Source: Octopus sinensis
Lineage: Eukaryota
Direction: 5' to 3'
DNA length: 64,000 bases
Assembly (NCBI RefSeq): GCF_006345805.1
Contig: NC_042997.1
Span: 38,068,001 to 38,132,000 of the forward strand
The position numbers were made by a program, and so were the translations under genes. The notes below the pieces were generated by a model that worked only from the letters and a program-made list of their open reading frames with translations, had not been told where the DNA came from and ran no database searches. Shown piece by piece: positions 37,701 through 49,659 of this stretch (positions are counted from its first letter, which is position 1; every line of letters starts with the position of its first letter).

Positions 37701-38175
37701 GAGAGAAAGGAGAAAAAACAAAAAGAGGGGGAGAGATAACGGCAAATAAAGACGTAGGGAGGAAAATTCAAAAGATATGCGGAGGAAAAAAATGCAAAAG
37801 ACGCGAGGAGAAAAAATACAAGAGGTGGGAGGAGAAGAAAAAATAAAAACAAGGAGAGAAAGAAGGAGGTAAAACGGAAGAAGCAAAGAGAACGGAGAAG
37901 AAAGGGAGAAGAAAGACAAAAAGAAAAAAGAAGGAAGGGAGAGAGAGGCAAGTTAACAAGTGCGGGTTGAGAGAATCGACAATAGGAAAAAGCAGAAAGT
38001 ACAGAAAAGTATAGAAAAGTTCAAAAGGTTCAAGCGTCGTGGTTTATTGGAGCGATATCTCATCAAAGGAAGAGTCCAATGTAATCCATGGGTAGGAGAG
38101 GTGCAGCCGAAGAGTACGAGTCTGAGTGTAGGAGAGTAGAAATATAAGGTAGAGAATCCAGGTACAAAATTTCAA
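34705..38175 (-). mobile_element. Penelope-like element (Neptune-like), near full length and decayed, with RT, GIY-YIG and a terminal hammerhead-like motif
   Basis: RT: LFTLDIKSL, VAELVLFLNCFSF, DMGTRISPNYAN. GIY-YIG: NVIY*ISC...LYIGQTGCRLADRFAEHLRDI...GPHGLN. Hammerhead-like fold at 34796-34833. Confidence 0.9.
34796..34833 (-). ncRNA. Minimal type I hammerhead ribozyme-like motif with variant core
   Basis: CCTTT-CTGTGAAAA-GAGC(ATAG)GCTC-GAAAC-GTA-AAGG: stems I and II, GAAA and an ACGT palindromic stem III. Confidence 0.6.
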
Positions 38176-38261
38176 CATATATATATATATACATACATAT
38201 ACATATATACATATATATACATATATATACATACACTAACAGCGTTATTTGCAAATACTTC

Positions 38262-38607
38262 ATTTCACGCACCCCCTCGTCAATCCACCAATCATTGTAA
38301 ACATTTTACATTATATTCAAGGCAAAAATAACATTTTCGTTTACTAAAATGCAAACAATAAAACGATAAAATATTTTCCCAAAATTAATCTCGATTCATT
38401 GGCCAATTCGTATGTAACTGGACCTCGATTTCAATTCGTTTGAATTATTTGAAGTGCTTGCATGAAATGTCAAGATATAATTGTTTAAAATAGTTTTCTT
38501 TGGTCTTAATTCTGGTATAGAATTCTGAGGTATTTTAATGTCATGTGTCATCAGTATTTAGTAATATGCTTTAAATGGTAAACATATGGATTCATGTGGA
38601 TGTGTAT
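38262..38607 (+). repeat. Direct repeat copy 2 (paired with 33713-34085)
   Basis: Same sequence, lacking a 36-bp segment bounded by TTTGGT repeats. Confidence 0.9.
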
Positions 38608-39299
38608 CTGTTCCATTGTTTTTAAGAAGGTGGAGAGAAAAATGCCGGAAAATATATACATATTACTGCAAGTTTCATAGGTATGGGAAATGATATCGGT
38701 GCTGCATCACCTGAAAACTTTCTATGAATACATAATAGTGCCAGTGAATAGCCATCGTGTCTATGATTCAACATCACGCGGTGAAATAAATATCAGTTTC
38801 TAAGCATAGTTCTTGAAAATGTGAGGAAAGGAAATGTGAATTATAGGCTGTGTTCGTCTGAATAGTTTTGTCTTGGAAATTTAATTTTTGAAAAAAATAA
38901 CAGACAAAGATTATTTTTTATGTGGAAATAAATTCTTCTGCTGAAACAGTTGATTTGGATTTTTATTAAAGAACACAATGTCCATCACTTTTGATAAGGG
39001 TTTCGAGATGGTGGGAGAAGTGCTGAAGGAATCTTCAAACAAGCGACATGGCATGAATGCTTGTATCAGAAGAGATTCTCAAGGTACACAAGGGGCTACA
39101 TTTACCACTAGGTAAACGGGTAACCTAACGAATCCAAATGTGGAGTGATTTCACTTTACGATATAAAGGAAGGTATTTTAATTGTGTAAGATATTTGTTA
39201 TTCGTTCTAATATTTATGCCGATCATCTGCGTTATGAAATCGTAATATCAACTTCACCACTTGACTAACTTATTTTCATTTCTTTTTGGATTCACCCAT

Positions 39300-40300
39300 T
39301 CGAAATAATGCAAGGGGTCAGACTAAGCTTTGAACAAAGTAACGCTGTAACGAAGGACTACTGGGGGTTTGAAAATGCAGCATAAAACAAAGGCAGTCTG
39401 GGAAGGAGTTACAAACGCATCCTCCAACGCGATTTACCATTACTCGAATTCGAGGTAAGATTAAAGTAGATGAAACTATTCGGAATATCCCAACTAAAAT
39501 TTTCGGAAAATCGTGTCAACGATCACCACTGAAAATGAGAGGTTTCTAGATACACACTAAAAGAGTTCAATAAAAACTGTTTCACAATCAAGCGTCTATC
39601 GCTTTTTCAAGCATTATCAGTTGAAAATTCACACTCCAAAAATAGCCCGTATTCTCAGTTGAGATGATCTGTGCGGCGGAGTGGAGTTTTGTGAGTTGTA
39701 CTTGGTAAGATGTGTATAAGATGCACAATTTCCAACGATGATTGTTTGGAGTGGAGAGACTATATTTAAATTAAATGGTTCAACTAGTTTCATCAATTGC
39801 ATCAGCTGGACTTGAGTATCCACAGTATTGCAGAGGAATATCATTTTAATTTACTTGGAGTTACAGTATGTTACGGCTTATAATAATAAAAAAAACGAAT
39901 TGGACCATTCACTGACATTACTAAGTCAGTGAACATTCATAAGAGATTCGAAAGTGCGGAGTTTTATTTCCAGCAAAGTGGAGTAACCCCATATTCGTTA
40001 AATAATGTAATGGCCTACTTAAATGAGACTGCGTTTAACAGGTGGAAAGGGTGAAAAGATTCCGACCTCACATGATGAAAGAATTTTTTCATGGGAATAC
40101 TTAAAAAATAATATTTACGGTACAAAGCTAGCAACAGTCGAACTGTTAATGGCAGCCTTTGAACCAGAGTGAGCACAAAAAACAAACGAAAGGCTTCTTG
40201 ATATTTGCAATTCGATTGATTTGCATTGCCTGCAGTGCTTCGACCAGAACTGGCATCGGTGGTTTAGATAGAATGCGTTCATAAAGAATTAAATTCTGAG
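39300..40300 (+). mobile_element. Decayed Tc1/mariner-superfamily transposase (DUF4817-type N-terminus)
   Basis: MQGVRLSFEQSNAVTKDYWGFEN; HPPTRFTITRIRGK; FYFQQSGVTPYS..V.AYLNET; FFSWEYLKNNIYGTK. Many stops and frameshifts; TIRs not identified. Confidence 0.7.
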
Positions 40301-40540
40301 AGATTCTTTCAACTTTTGAAGATGACATTTATTTAATATATTAAAATGAACACTACTGATCTTATTTCGTTTTTGGATTTGGTTTGCAAGATTCTTTATG
40401 TGAGTTCGTGTGCTGAAACATATTCTGTTGTGTCTGTAGAGAGTGGCTTATAATTTAACACATTCACTGGTAAAAATTTCCACTCTGTTATTTATTTTTC
40501 TAAAATTGTCGTTGCATCTTGCAACCTCTTCATATATATA

Positions 40541-40574
<34 letters not shown>

Positions 40575-41128
40575 TGTGCGCGTGAGTGCGTGTCTGTGTG
40601 TGTGCGTGTGTGTGTGTGTTTGTGTGCGCGCGTGTGTGTGTATGCGTGTATGCATACATACACATATCCATATGTACGCAAATGCATATGAACACGTCTT
40701 AACATATAATTAAACTTTAAGGCATTAAGGAATCACATGGTTTTAGTAAAATTGAATTAATATTTTCATATCGATGTTCAAAAGCATGCAGTGTCGAAAA
40801 AAAGTTATTATTCTAAATCCATATAATAAAAATAAACTTGATGATATTTTTGTTGGGAATATAAAACCGTGAGTTTAAATGCATTAAATGTTAAACAGAC
40901 AATTTGACATTTACTACTTCATGACACCATTGTGTGTATCATTGTGGACCGAGTCATAACACTTAAAATTCAGTAGTGTACACGGTCTCGGCACCACATC
41001 ACTTAGGCATATATGACACATGCCTGTGTGTGCGGGTGTGTGTACGTGTGTGTATTTATATACATTCACACACATACATGTACTTGTATAGGTATCTATG
41101 TATATCTATTCATATATTCATGGACATA

Positions 41129-41556
41129 GGCACAGGAGTGGCTGTGTGGTAAGTAACTTGCTTACCAACCACATGCTTCCGGGTTCAGTCCCACTGCGTG
41201 ACATCTTGGGCAAGTGTCTTCTGCTATAGCCTCGGGCCGACCAATGCCTTGTGAGTGGATTTCGTAGACGGAATCTGAAAGAAGCCTGTCGGATATATGT
41301 ATATATATATATATATATTGTGTGTGTGTGTGTATGTTTGTGTGTCTGTGTTTGTCCCCCTAGCATTGCTTGACAACCGATGCTGGTGTGTTTATGTCCC
41401 CGTCACTTAGCGGTTCGGCAAAAAGCGACCGATAGAATAAGTACTGGGCTTACAAAGAATAAGTCCCGGGGTCGAGTTGCTCGATTAAAGGCTGTGCTCC
41501 GGCATGGCCGCAGTCAAATGACTGAAACAAGTAAAAGAGAACAGAGATAAAAGAGA
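41129..41556 (+). mobile_element. tRNA-derived SINE family A
   Basis: Complete copy. Confidence 0.92.
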
Positions 41557-41769
41557 TATATGTATGTGTATTTAAGTGTTTAGTGTATTATGCATGCTGA
41601 CCCTCTTGAACATATGTGCATATTAATATATGTAACACGTTAAGTATATGTGATCAGAGTCAATATTGATTGTGCAGACTGTGTTCCACAAGTGATTACT
41701 TCGTCTTTGTTTCCTGCATCTATGACTGTGTTTCTCCGAAATAGCCTTCGATTCGTGATATTATATTAT

Positions 41770-42001
41770 AAGGCGGCGAGATGGCAGAAACGTTAGCACG
41801 CCGGGCGAAATGCTTAGCGGTATTTCGTCTGCGTTACGTTGTGAGTTCAAATTCCGCCGAGGTCGACTTTGCCTTTCATCTTTTCGTTGTCGATAAATTA
41901 AGTACCAGTTACGCACTGGGGTCGATGTAATCGACTTAATACCTATGTCTGTCCTTGTTTGTCCCCTCTGTGTTTAGCCCCTTGTGGGTAATAAAGAAAT
42001 A
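41770..42001 (+). mobile_element. tRNA-derived SINE family C
   Basis: Head AAGGCGGCGAG.TGGCAGAAACGTTAG...GAGTTCAAATTCCGCC; central GGTCGACTTTGCCTTTCATC...GTCGATAAATTAAGTACCAG, resembling the widespread Meta/Sauria-type SINE core; flanking GATATTATAT repeats. Confidence 0.85.
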
Positions 42002-42139
42002 GATATTATATGATGTGTTTGGGGGTTAATTGAACTCCCTTATTTACCCAACCAGGCCATTGTACAGATAACTCCTTTTCCATTAGAATTTCCTTTTATC
42101 ATTTTTTTTTATTTATTGGCAGAAATGTCAAAGGAAAAG

Positions 42140-43510
42140 CGATCCGTTACTAAGTCGTATGAGCCTGAGGTGCTCCACGAAGCGGGCAGTTGGTGGCCAG
42201 TTTGCTCGATGTAGATTAACTGTAGAAAGACAATTTGAGGATATACATATGATGTTGATCGAGGTGTATCAGAAACAGTCCAAATGCGTATTGTATAATG
42301 GTTGGGTTCAGCGAAGGTGTTGGTCTTGGAAAGGGAAGAAGTGCATGTGTGACCGTAGAGAAAAGGGATGCAGGAAGGAAAGATTCATCGGGAAGGAGGA
42401 ACTCTGCTCAAGAAGGCTAGGTAAACGAAGGCTATTAGGAGAAAAATGGATGAGGGACGGAAGGATTGAGAGGTTTTAAATGAGAAGGAAGAGGAGAATG
42501 ATAGGTTGTACGGACATGATGGTAGGGTTATAGGTAAGTAGGAAAGTGGATACCTTGGGTTGGGTTCCAGGCACCGGTGTAATGAAGTAAATGCCAACAA
42601 TGCCAAAGTTACGGCAAACGGCAGTTTGGTTAAGTGTGCATGTGTAACAGCATCGAACGATGATGTGGCGAGCCTCGGTCATGAGACCATTGTTACAGCT
42701 GTAGGGCAGAGGCAGGTGGAGGAGCTGAGAAGAGGAAATGGCAAGTTGTATATGGGTAGTGTACGATTCGGAAAAGTCAAGTCAGGAGTGGATGTCAGTG
42801 GTTTTGTAGAAAACACAAATGAAGAGGATGAGGGTGATAGAAATACCGAGTTATTAAGGGTAGTATCAGAGAATGTGAAATGGAGAAAGCGGTGAAAGAG
42901 ATGAGGAAAGAGATGAGGAAAGAGATGAAAGAGTCTAGCCGATCGCAAGAAAGGTTTGCTGCACTAACACATTGATCGATGTAATGATGCAGGGCGGGAC
43001 TAATAAACTGGACAACATTGAACTCGTCTTAGCAATATACGGATCCCATTCCCATTTCAGTAGCCATTCCAGTGACCGTATATCTCCCATCCAAAGCAGA
43101 AACAAACATATGTCAGAAAATGTCCTACTAGATGAAGTATAGTGGAGGAGAAAAATAAAGACATGTGGGTGAGGAGGTCAAGTAAGTATTCGAAGGTACG
43201 AAGTCGTTTGTTTTCAGGGGTGCAAGAGGAGTATAGAGATAAGCAGAGTTCTATGGGACGTTGTAGGAAGGACAATCGGGTGCCCATTGTTTTCAGGTTT
43301 ATAGAACTTAGAATGGAAATATAAGTCTGAGGATTGGAGAGTGCTAGCGATGAGACTTGCAGCTGAAGGGGTTAAAGGGAGTAGAAAGAAAGTTGCCGGG
43401 TGGGGCAAGAGACAAGATATTGTTGAAGAGATGAGGTCTCAAGGAAAAGGTTGGTAGAAGAGAGAGTTCAGGAATTGTTGTTTCAATATTGTCCTGTACA
43501 GGCCAGTATA
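42140..43510 (-). mobile_element. Decayed, internally deleted Penelope-like element
   Basis: MGTR RT motif (about 43287) and GIY-YIG remnant LIYIEQTGHQL..RFVEHLR (about 42230-42165); same purine/pyrimidine skew as 34705-38175. Confidence 0.65.
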
Positions 43511-46444
43511 AATAACACGGTGCAGTATGTATATAAAATGCGTGTGTGTGTGTTTGTATGAAATATATTGTATATACATTTATACATAAATACATACATA
43601 GACAATATACTTGTGTCGTGGGTATATATTATGGGCGGTGACTATTCACAATTCATATTAGCTACTTGTGAGTAGTTATCATTTAGTGACCCCAGTCAAT
43701 CCTAATTGTGCAGTGCTCTAATCAAACTCATTCCAACGGTGACCACTTCATCTTTTATTCCTACGTACAGCATCTACGTCTGAAACTTCGGAAAGTGGTC
43801 TGCTGTTCTTAATATTGTATGATGTGATTTGAGATTTCCATTTCTAGCTGGTCGGACGAACTCGTCTTTCATTTAAGCTCCTTGTAGCTGCAGCTATTTA
43901 TTGGTTGGCTGACAGCATCGCTGACAAATATCGTTTTGGGTTTTCAGAAGCACCATTGAAACTGTATTGACAAGCGAAGCTTTGCGTTTTATTACACTTA
44001 GGAATCACTTGGCATATACAATTCGGCGTGAAAGATAAATTGTTTCTGCAACAAAATTGGCTGAGAGGTTTTAATATTTTAGCGATATTCTCTTCAAGGT
44101 AGGTTTTCTTTCAATTTAGTCGAAAACAGGATCGATCATGTTGAATGGCTGAGTGATTTCTTTGAACAGTTTGGAAGTAATAGAATTTAGAGATGTATGA
44201 AGAAGGCTTCACACTATAGACTCTCCTAAATTTAGTCATTGTTTTCGAATATTCGGTGCTAATAGATTCATAAAATTTAGATTCAGCTTTTACGAATCTG
44301 CTGCGTCATGGTTCCTAGCTACGATAGAAAAGAAGTGGAAACATATCTCGCATCAGCGATGCATTTCAGCGCATTATGAATGTACTCAGAAGAATCTTCG
44401 GGAAACGGGTAGAACATTTTTGCTAGTATTGTGTTTCTTGTCCGTGTTTCTATTTCAATAACTGAGACTATATGACACATATAGCAACTGTACATTTGAA
44501 GTGTACAACTTGAATACATATTAAAGATTTCACCTAATCTCAATATGTAATTTACTCATTCTTGTCTAACACATGTGATGTAGTGAGTTCCCCTTTAGTG
44601 TTTTAACTTTTACTCTGAGTGATACGATGTTGCACCATTTTATGCTGTTCTTCTATCTGTCTCCATACTTCCGTTGAAGATTCTAACGTGTAACAGTTAA
44701 AATGAAATGTACGAATCTCTTCAAGCGTCGAGCCTGATATCATAACCGATGGTACTACTTTTGGCATAATGGCACTGAAAAAGCACAATGCGACAGAGCC
44801 TTACTGAATGATGACAGCTATTGTTTTGATATATTCCAATGTCACTATTGAGCTCAATACTGTCTTTTATTGGTTTTATTGGATGAAACTATGTCACGGC
44901 TTATTTTCTTTATAAAATCTGGTGTAGTATTATTCTTGGAACATTCTAACCAGCAACAGATCGACTTCCCAATTCCGTTCGTTCTCGTTCGCTTTTAACT
45001 CCCTCCCCACATCTCTCCTTCACTTCACTTATACCTAATTTATTGCTTGATATTATATACATCAACTTGTCTCACAGTAATGGTAAATACTACACTTCGT
45101 TAAAGAATTCTGGTGAGTTCTATACGAGTCCAATGTTGTAACTCTAATTTCAAACGCCAGATTCACTTCCGAATATATTTCAGTCTGCCATCATATTTTT
45201 TTCGACCACATCACATGTATTTGGTTTCATGCAAAGCATGTTCTTAGGTGTGTTTTTGTCGTCCTCAACAATAGTCTTTCTGCTATGATTTATTGAGCGG
45301 TAAGAAACTGAGATTTTAGAGATTCCAATCCCTAGGATAACTGAAGACTTTGACATTAAATTCCCCAATCGATATGTTTGCTACATTGTGTTTACGTGAA
45401 GCAAAATTGCATTTCTAACTTCTCACCTGCTAATAGTATGTAATTTGCTTAATGTACATACGATTCAATACATTTTAGACGTTGTTACTCCAAATCTGAA
45501 ACGTCAGGTTTAATTTGTTTCAACGTCGATCGAGAAAAATCACTAGAAATATTAACTGAACCAGAATATTTTGTTTTGAATCATTATTGAGTTAAGACCT
45601 TAGAAATAAAGTCAAAATGAAATCAAAATATCCCTTATAGTATCAAGTTCTCAATCTATTCATAAAATAGCACAGACTGATTATATGATAATTAGTACCC
45701 CTTAACAAAAGCAAAATGCATTACCTAACAGACGAATGTTTTGTTGTTAATAAGAAAATTGTTTAAAGTATATCGCACTTTTAATAACTGACAAAACATT
45801 TTACGCCTAGACAAGAGTTAATATTATTATACGCCATTTGCAATCTCAGCCAGCAACTAAACATAATAAATCATACAGTTCTATAACAGGTCTTTCAAAA
45901 ACATATATCACACTTAGAAACAATAGACAAGCAAATCAGAGTAAAACATATTTATTTCTTTGTCTAATAATCAAACTATACGATCGTGTGTTAAAAGTAG
46001 TTTAAATGGAATTGAGAAAACCCCATAAACAATCTCACTAAGACGCCTGAATAAAATTATGTAGGAAATATGAAAACTACCAAAACTACAAAATTGTCAG
46101 TTTCGTGTTTGATAGTTAAACATTAACTGTTAGGAAAGAAAAGTGGGTAAGTTACAGATAGGTGCCATCATGAAATTCGAAATATTTAATGAAGAACTGA
46201 TAATTAAGACAGATGGGATAGAAATATTAGAATGAGTGCGCAAAGAGATCACATGAAATAGATCTAATTTGGCGTAATTGAAGAGACACTTAAGATGAGG
46301 AGGTATTATGTGGACCGAGTATATATTACGTCAGTAGTCTAGTAATTATCAACTCTGCACTTTTGTTTTAATATATACGCGTATAATTTTAGAGGCGAAA
46401 ATGCTGCCAGTACTAATGAATGAGAGAAATGTGTTTTACAATTA

Positions 46445-46470
46445 CATCTATCTATCTATCTATCTATCTC

Positions 46471-46547
<77 letters not shown>

Positions 46548-46553
46548 ACATGC

Positions 46554-46589
<36 letters not shown>

Positions 46590-46640
46590 ATGTATGGATG
46601 TATGCATGTATGTATGTATGTATGTATGTATGTATATATG
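46445..46640. repeat. (TATC)n-(TA)n-(TG)n-(TATG)n microsatellite
   Basis: Directly visible. Confidence 0.95.
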
Positions 46641-46927
46641 CAATTTTATTACAAAAGCGCATGCTTTTGGGTATAATGAGTATCTTACGTGTTATGTGCA
46701 TGGATGTCGTTATATATACGCTCTCACAAGCATATTTAAGACTGTATTGCATTTCATGTGCATCTCTTGTTTCGAATTTGTTTTGGATTTGTTTTTCGAT
46801 TTCCTTTTTTTTTTAGTCTTGATTAAATACGAACAAGACATTCCATAGATTTCTTTTCATGAAATAAATTACTTAAAACTCAAAGTTATCATATCCACAT
46901 ACATACATATTTATGTATAGATAGATT

Positions 46928-46980
<53 letters not shown>

Positions 46981-48326
46981 TATTTACGATTTTGTCGCCA
47001 TTCAAGGAAATGCATGTAGAGTATTGTATAATAATTTCTTCCAATATATCTTTACACAACTTTGAAAAAAAGAAAAACAAAGTAATTTTTTTAAAAGATA
47101 ATTTTAGAGCTTTTCATTTTCACAACCTATTAATCAAATGCCAAAGAATGAATAGCAACAATTATTTAAATACTTTACTTGAAAGATATAATTCCAAAAA
47201 TGTTTCTTTTCTGTCAAATACACTTACATTCTTATTTTAGATTATTTTCATATATTGATAAAAAAAAAATTAAATTTTTGAAATCAACCATAGATAATGT
47301 GACGAACATTTTTATAACATTTGTAAGAAAAAATATTATAAAAAAATACATATTAATCATTATAATACTATATAGAAAGGTTCAATTTACCAGAATTTTG
47401 GAAGATACATCATCCAAACACGAAAGAGAATATTAATGTTGGTTTTATTTTTAATTTATGAGATATAAACCAGTAGGACATTAACTAGATTAATCGATGA
47501 ATATTTAAGAAAAAATGCCGAACAAAGACTATATTCAAAATACATGTCGACAATGATATGCAACATTTAAAAGAATTTAATGAAATAGATCAAAAATTTA
47601 GTGATGGTATTGTGTGAAGGCAGATGCGTATGAATGTATGTATATGTACAACACGCATATATTTTTCGACGATACACACACAAACACAAATATATATGTG
47701 TGTATACCTATACATCTCTATACGTGTATATAAATACACGCATGAATACATACGTATGTATGTATGAGCGTCAGGCAATCGCTAGTAGACACCTGCCGAG
47801 CGTTGGATAGAAAGTATTGCAGCATTTGGTACGGTTCTCTGCGGTATGAAATGAAAACCACAAAAGTTATTATGAGTTGAAACATGAACGTAAGTAAGAG
47901 TATTTAGAACGTTGAGGGTGTGACTATGTTCTATGTGATGGATCTTTTCGTCCAGAGTTCAAAACCTGTCAACAGGCCAATGTTCAATCTGAACAGTCCA
48001 ACTTGTATATAGGCATAACAGTCCAACAGTCCTCGGTCAACCTGCACATACGCAGCATAATTGAGCCGGGAAGAGCATCTTGAGACCTCATAATGCAGTG
48101 GTTGCGATATGTCTGAAAGGAAGACCGCATTCAGACACACACTCACAAACACACACACACACACACACACACACAGAGAGACGTGCACACACACACACAC
48201 CACACACACACTCATGATATATCTCTCTATCTATCTATCTATCTATCTCCATCTCGCTCTCACTTTATCACGCACACACACACACACAAACACTCATGAT
48301 CTCTCTCTCTCTCTCTCAATCAATCA

Positions 48327-48376
<50 letters not shown>

Positions 48377-48560
48377 ATATCTATCTATCTATCTCTTTAT
48401 CACAAACACACGCACACACACACACGTATTTACAAATGACCGGTAAATGAGCATTTACTATTAAATACTTCTTGTACAACTAAGATTGCTTTTCTCACAG
48501 CATTCGTGGCAATATTAATACGACTGATGTTTTTTGTTGCTAATATTATTGACTTTTTAA

Positions 48561-48928
48561 GGGCGTCGAGCTGGCAGAAACGTTAGCGCGCCGGGCGAAA
48601 TGCGTAGCCGTATTTCGTCTGCCGTTACGTTCTGAGTTCAAATTCTGCCGAGGTCGACTTTGCCTTTCATCCTTTCGGGGTCGATACATTAAGTACCAGT
48701 TGCGCACTGGGGTCAATATAATCGACTTAATCCGTCTGTCTCTCCCTGTTTGTCCCCTCTGTGTTTAGCCCCTTGTGGGTAGTAAAGAAATAGATATTTC
48801 GTCTCCCTTTACGTTCAAATTCCGCCGTGGTCGACTTTTCCTTTCTTCCTTTCGGGGTCGATTGGGATTGCTCTTATCGACTGGCCCACTCCCCCAAAAT
48901 TTCGGGCTTTGTGCCTAGAGTAGAAAAG
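48561..48928 (+). mobile_element. Compound family C SINE (full monomer plus partial second monomer with a different tail)
   Basis: Second partial unit from about 48800; whole unit bounded by a 19-bp TSD AATATTATTGAC(T/C)TTTTAA at 48542-48560 and 48929-48947. Confidence 0.85.
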
Positions 48929-48992
48929 AATATTATTGACCTTTTAAATTATCATTGATATTTACGTTGCCCTTATTGCTGTTGTTATTATT

Positions 48993-49240
48993 GAGTGAGA
49001 GAATACAGTGCATGCCATCGAAGTGTCATTGGGATACAAATATACGAAGCCCAGTACAGCCATCATGACTACTCATCTCATAAAGTTAGTGTACCCATTA
49101 TGAAGGCAGTATACTCATCATAACAACCAGTCTGATAAGGACCCATCCTTTCAAAAGGCACCTGCATAAGGGTTCTTTAAACATGTTGACTCATCCATGT
49201 TTCCAGAGTTGAATTACTTAAACCCAAAAGAAATCCTCTC
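48993..49240 (-). mobile_element. Element X, partial copy with internal deletion
   Basis: Reverse complement aligns to 13810-14098; abuts TTATTATT. Confidence 0.7.
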
Positions 49241-49261
49241 ATAATTATTATTTTAAGTGAA

Positions 49262-49332
49262 AGACTGGGGTCGATGTAATCGACAAGTCGCTTCCACCGA
49301 AATTTTGAGGCCTTGTGCCTATAGCAGAAAGG
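49262..49332 (+). mobile_element. 3' fragment of a family C-related SINE whose tail runs into (ATT)n
   Basis: CTGGGGTCGATGTAATCGAC...AAATTTTGAGGCCTTGTGCCTATAGCAGAAAGG, similar to 48870-48928. Confidence 0.7.
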
Positions 49333-49400
<68 letters not shown>

Positions 49401-49432
49401 GTTATTGTTAATAGTGTTATTATTATTATTAT

Positions 49433-49539
49433 TCAGTAGTTTTATTTTTATTTTTATAGCGTGCTTTCACTTCACTACCGAGCGCAGCTCTGTGTGCCTT
49501 GGGTATGTGCTGTGATTTGTTGTGATGCTCTGATGGTTA
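49433..49539 (-). mobile_element. Dong 3'-UTR-only insertion
   Basis: Near-identical to 49660-49760; (TAA)n on both sides. Confidence 0.9.
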
Positions 49540-49659
49540 TTATTATTATTATTATTATTATTGTTATTCTTATAATTGTTATTATTATTATTATTATATT
49601 ATTATTATTATATTATTATTATTATTTTATTATTATTATTATTTTATTATTATTATTAT

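Noticed and set aside
39908-39933. 9-bp hairpin TTCACTGAC/GTCAGTGAA
   Set aside because: Short and inside a decayed transposase; compatible with chance.
44600-44790. VMISGSTLEEIRTFHF resembling an RTE-type RT segment
   Set aside because: One weak motif with no flanking RT motifs.
47985-48060. LYIGIT resembling GIY-YIG
   Set aside because: No upstream IY motif or downstream R..EH.
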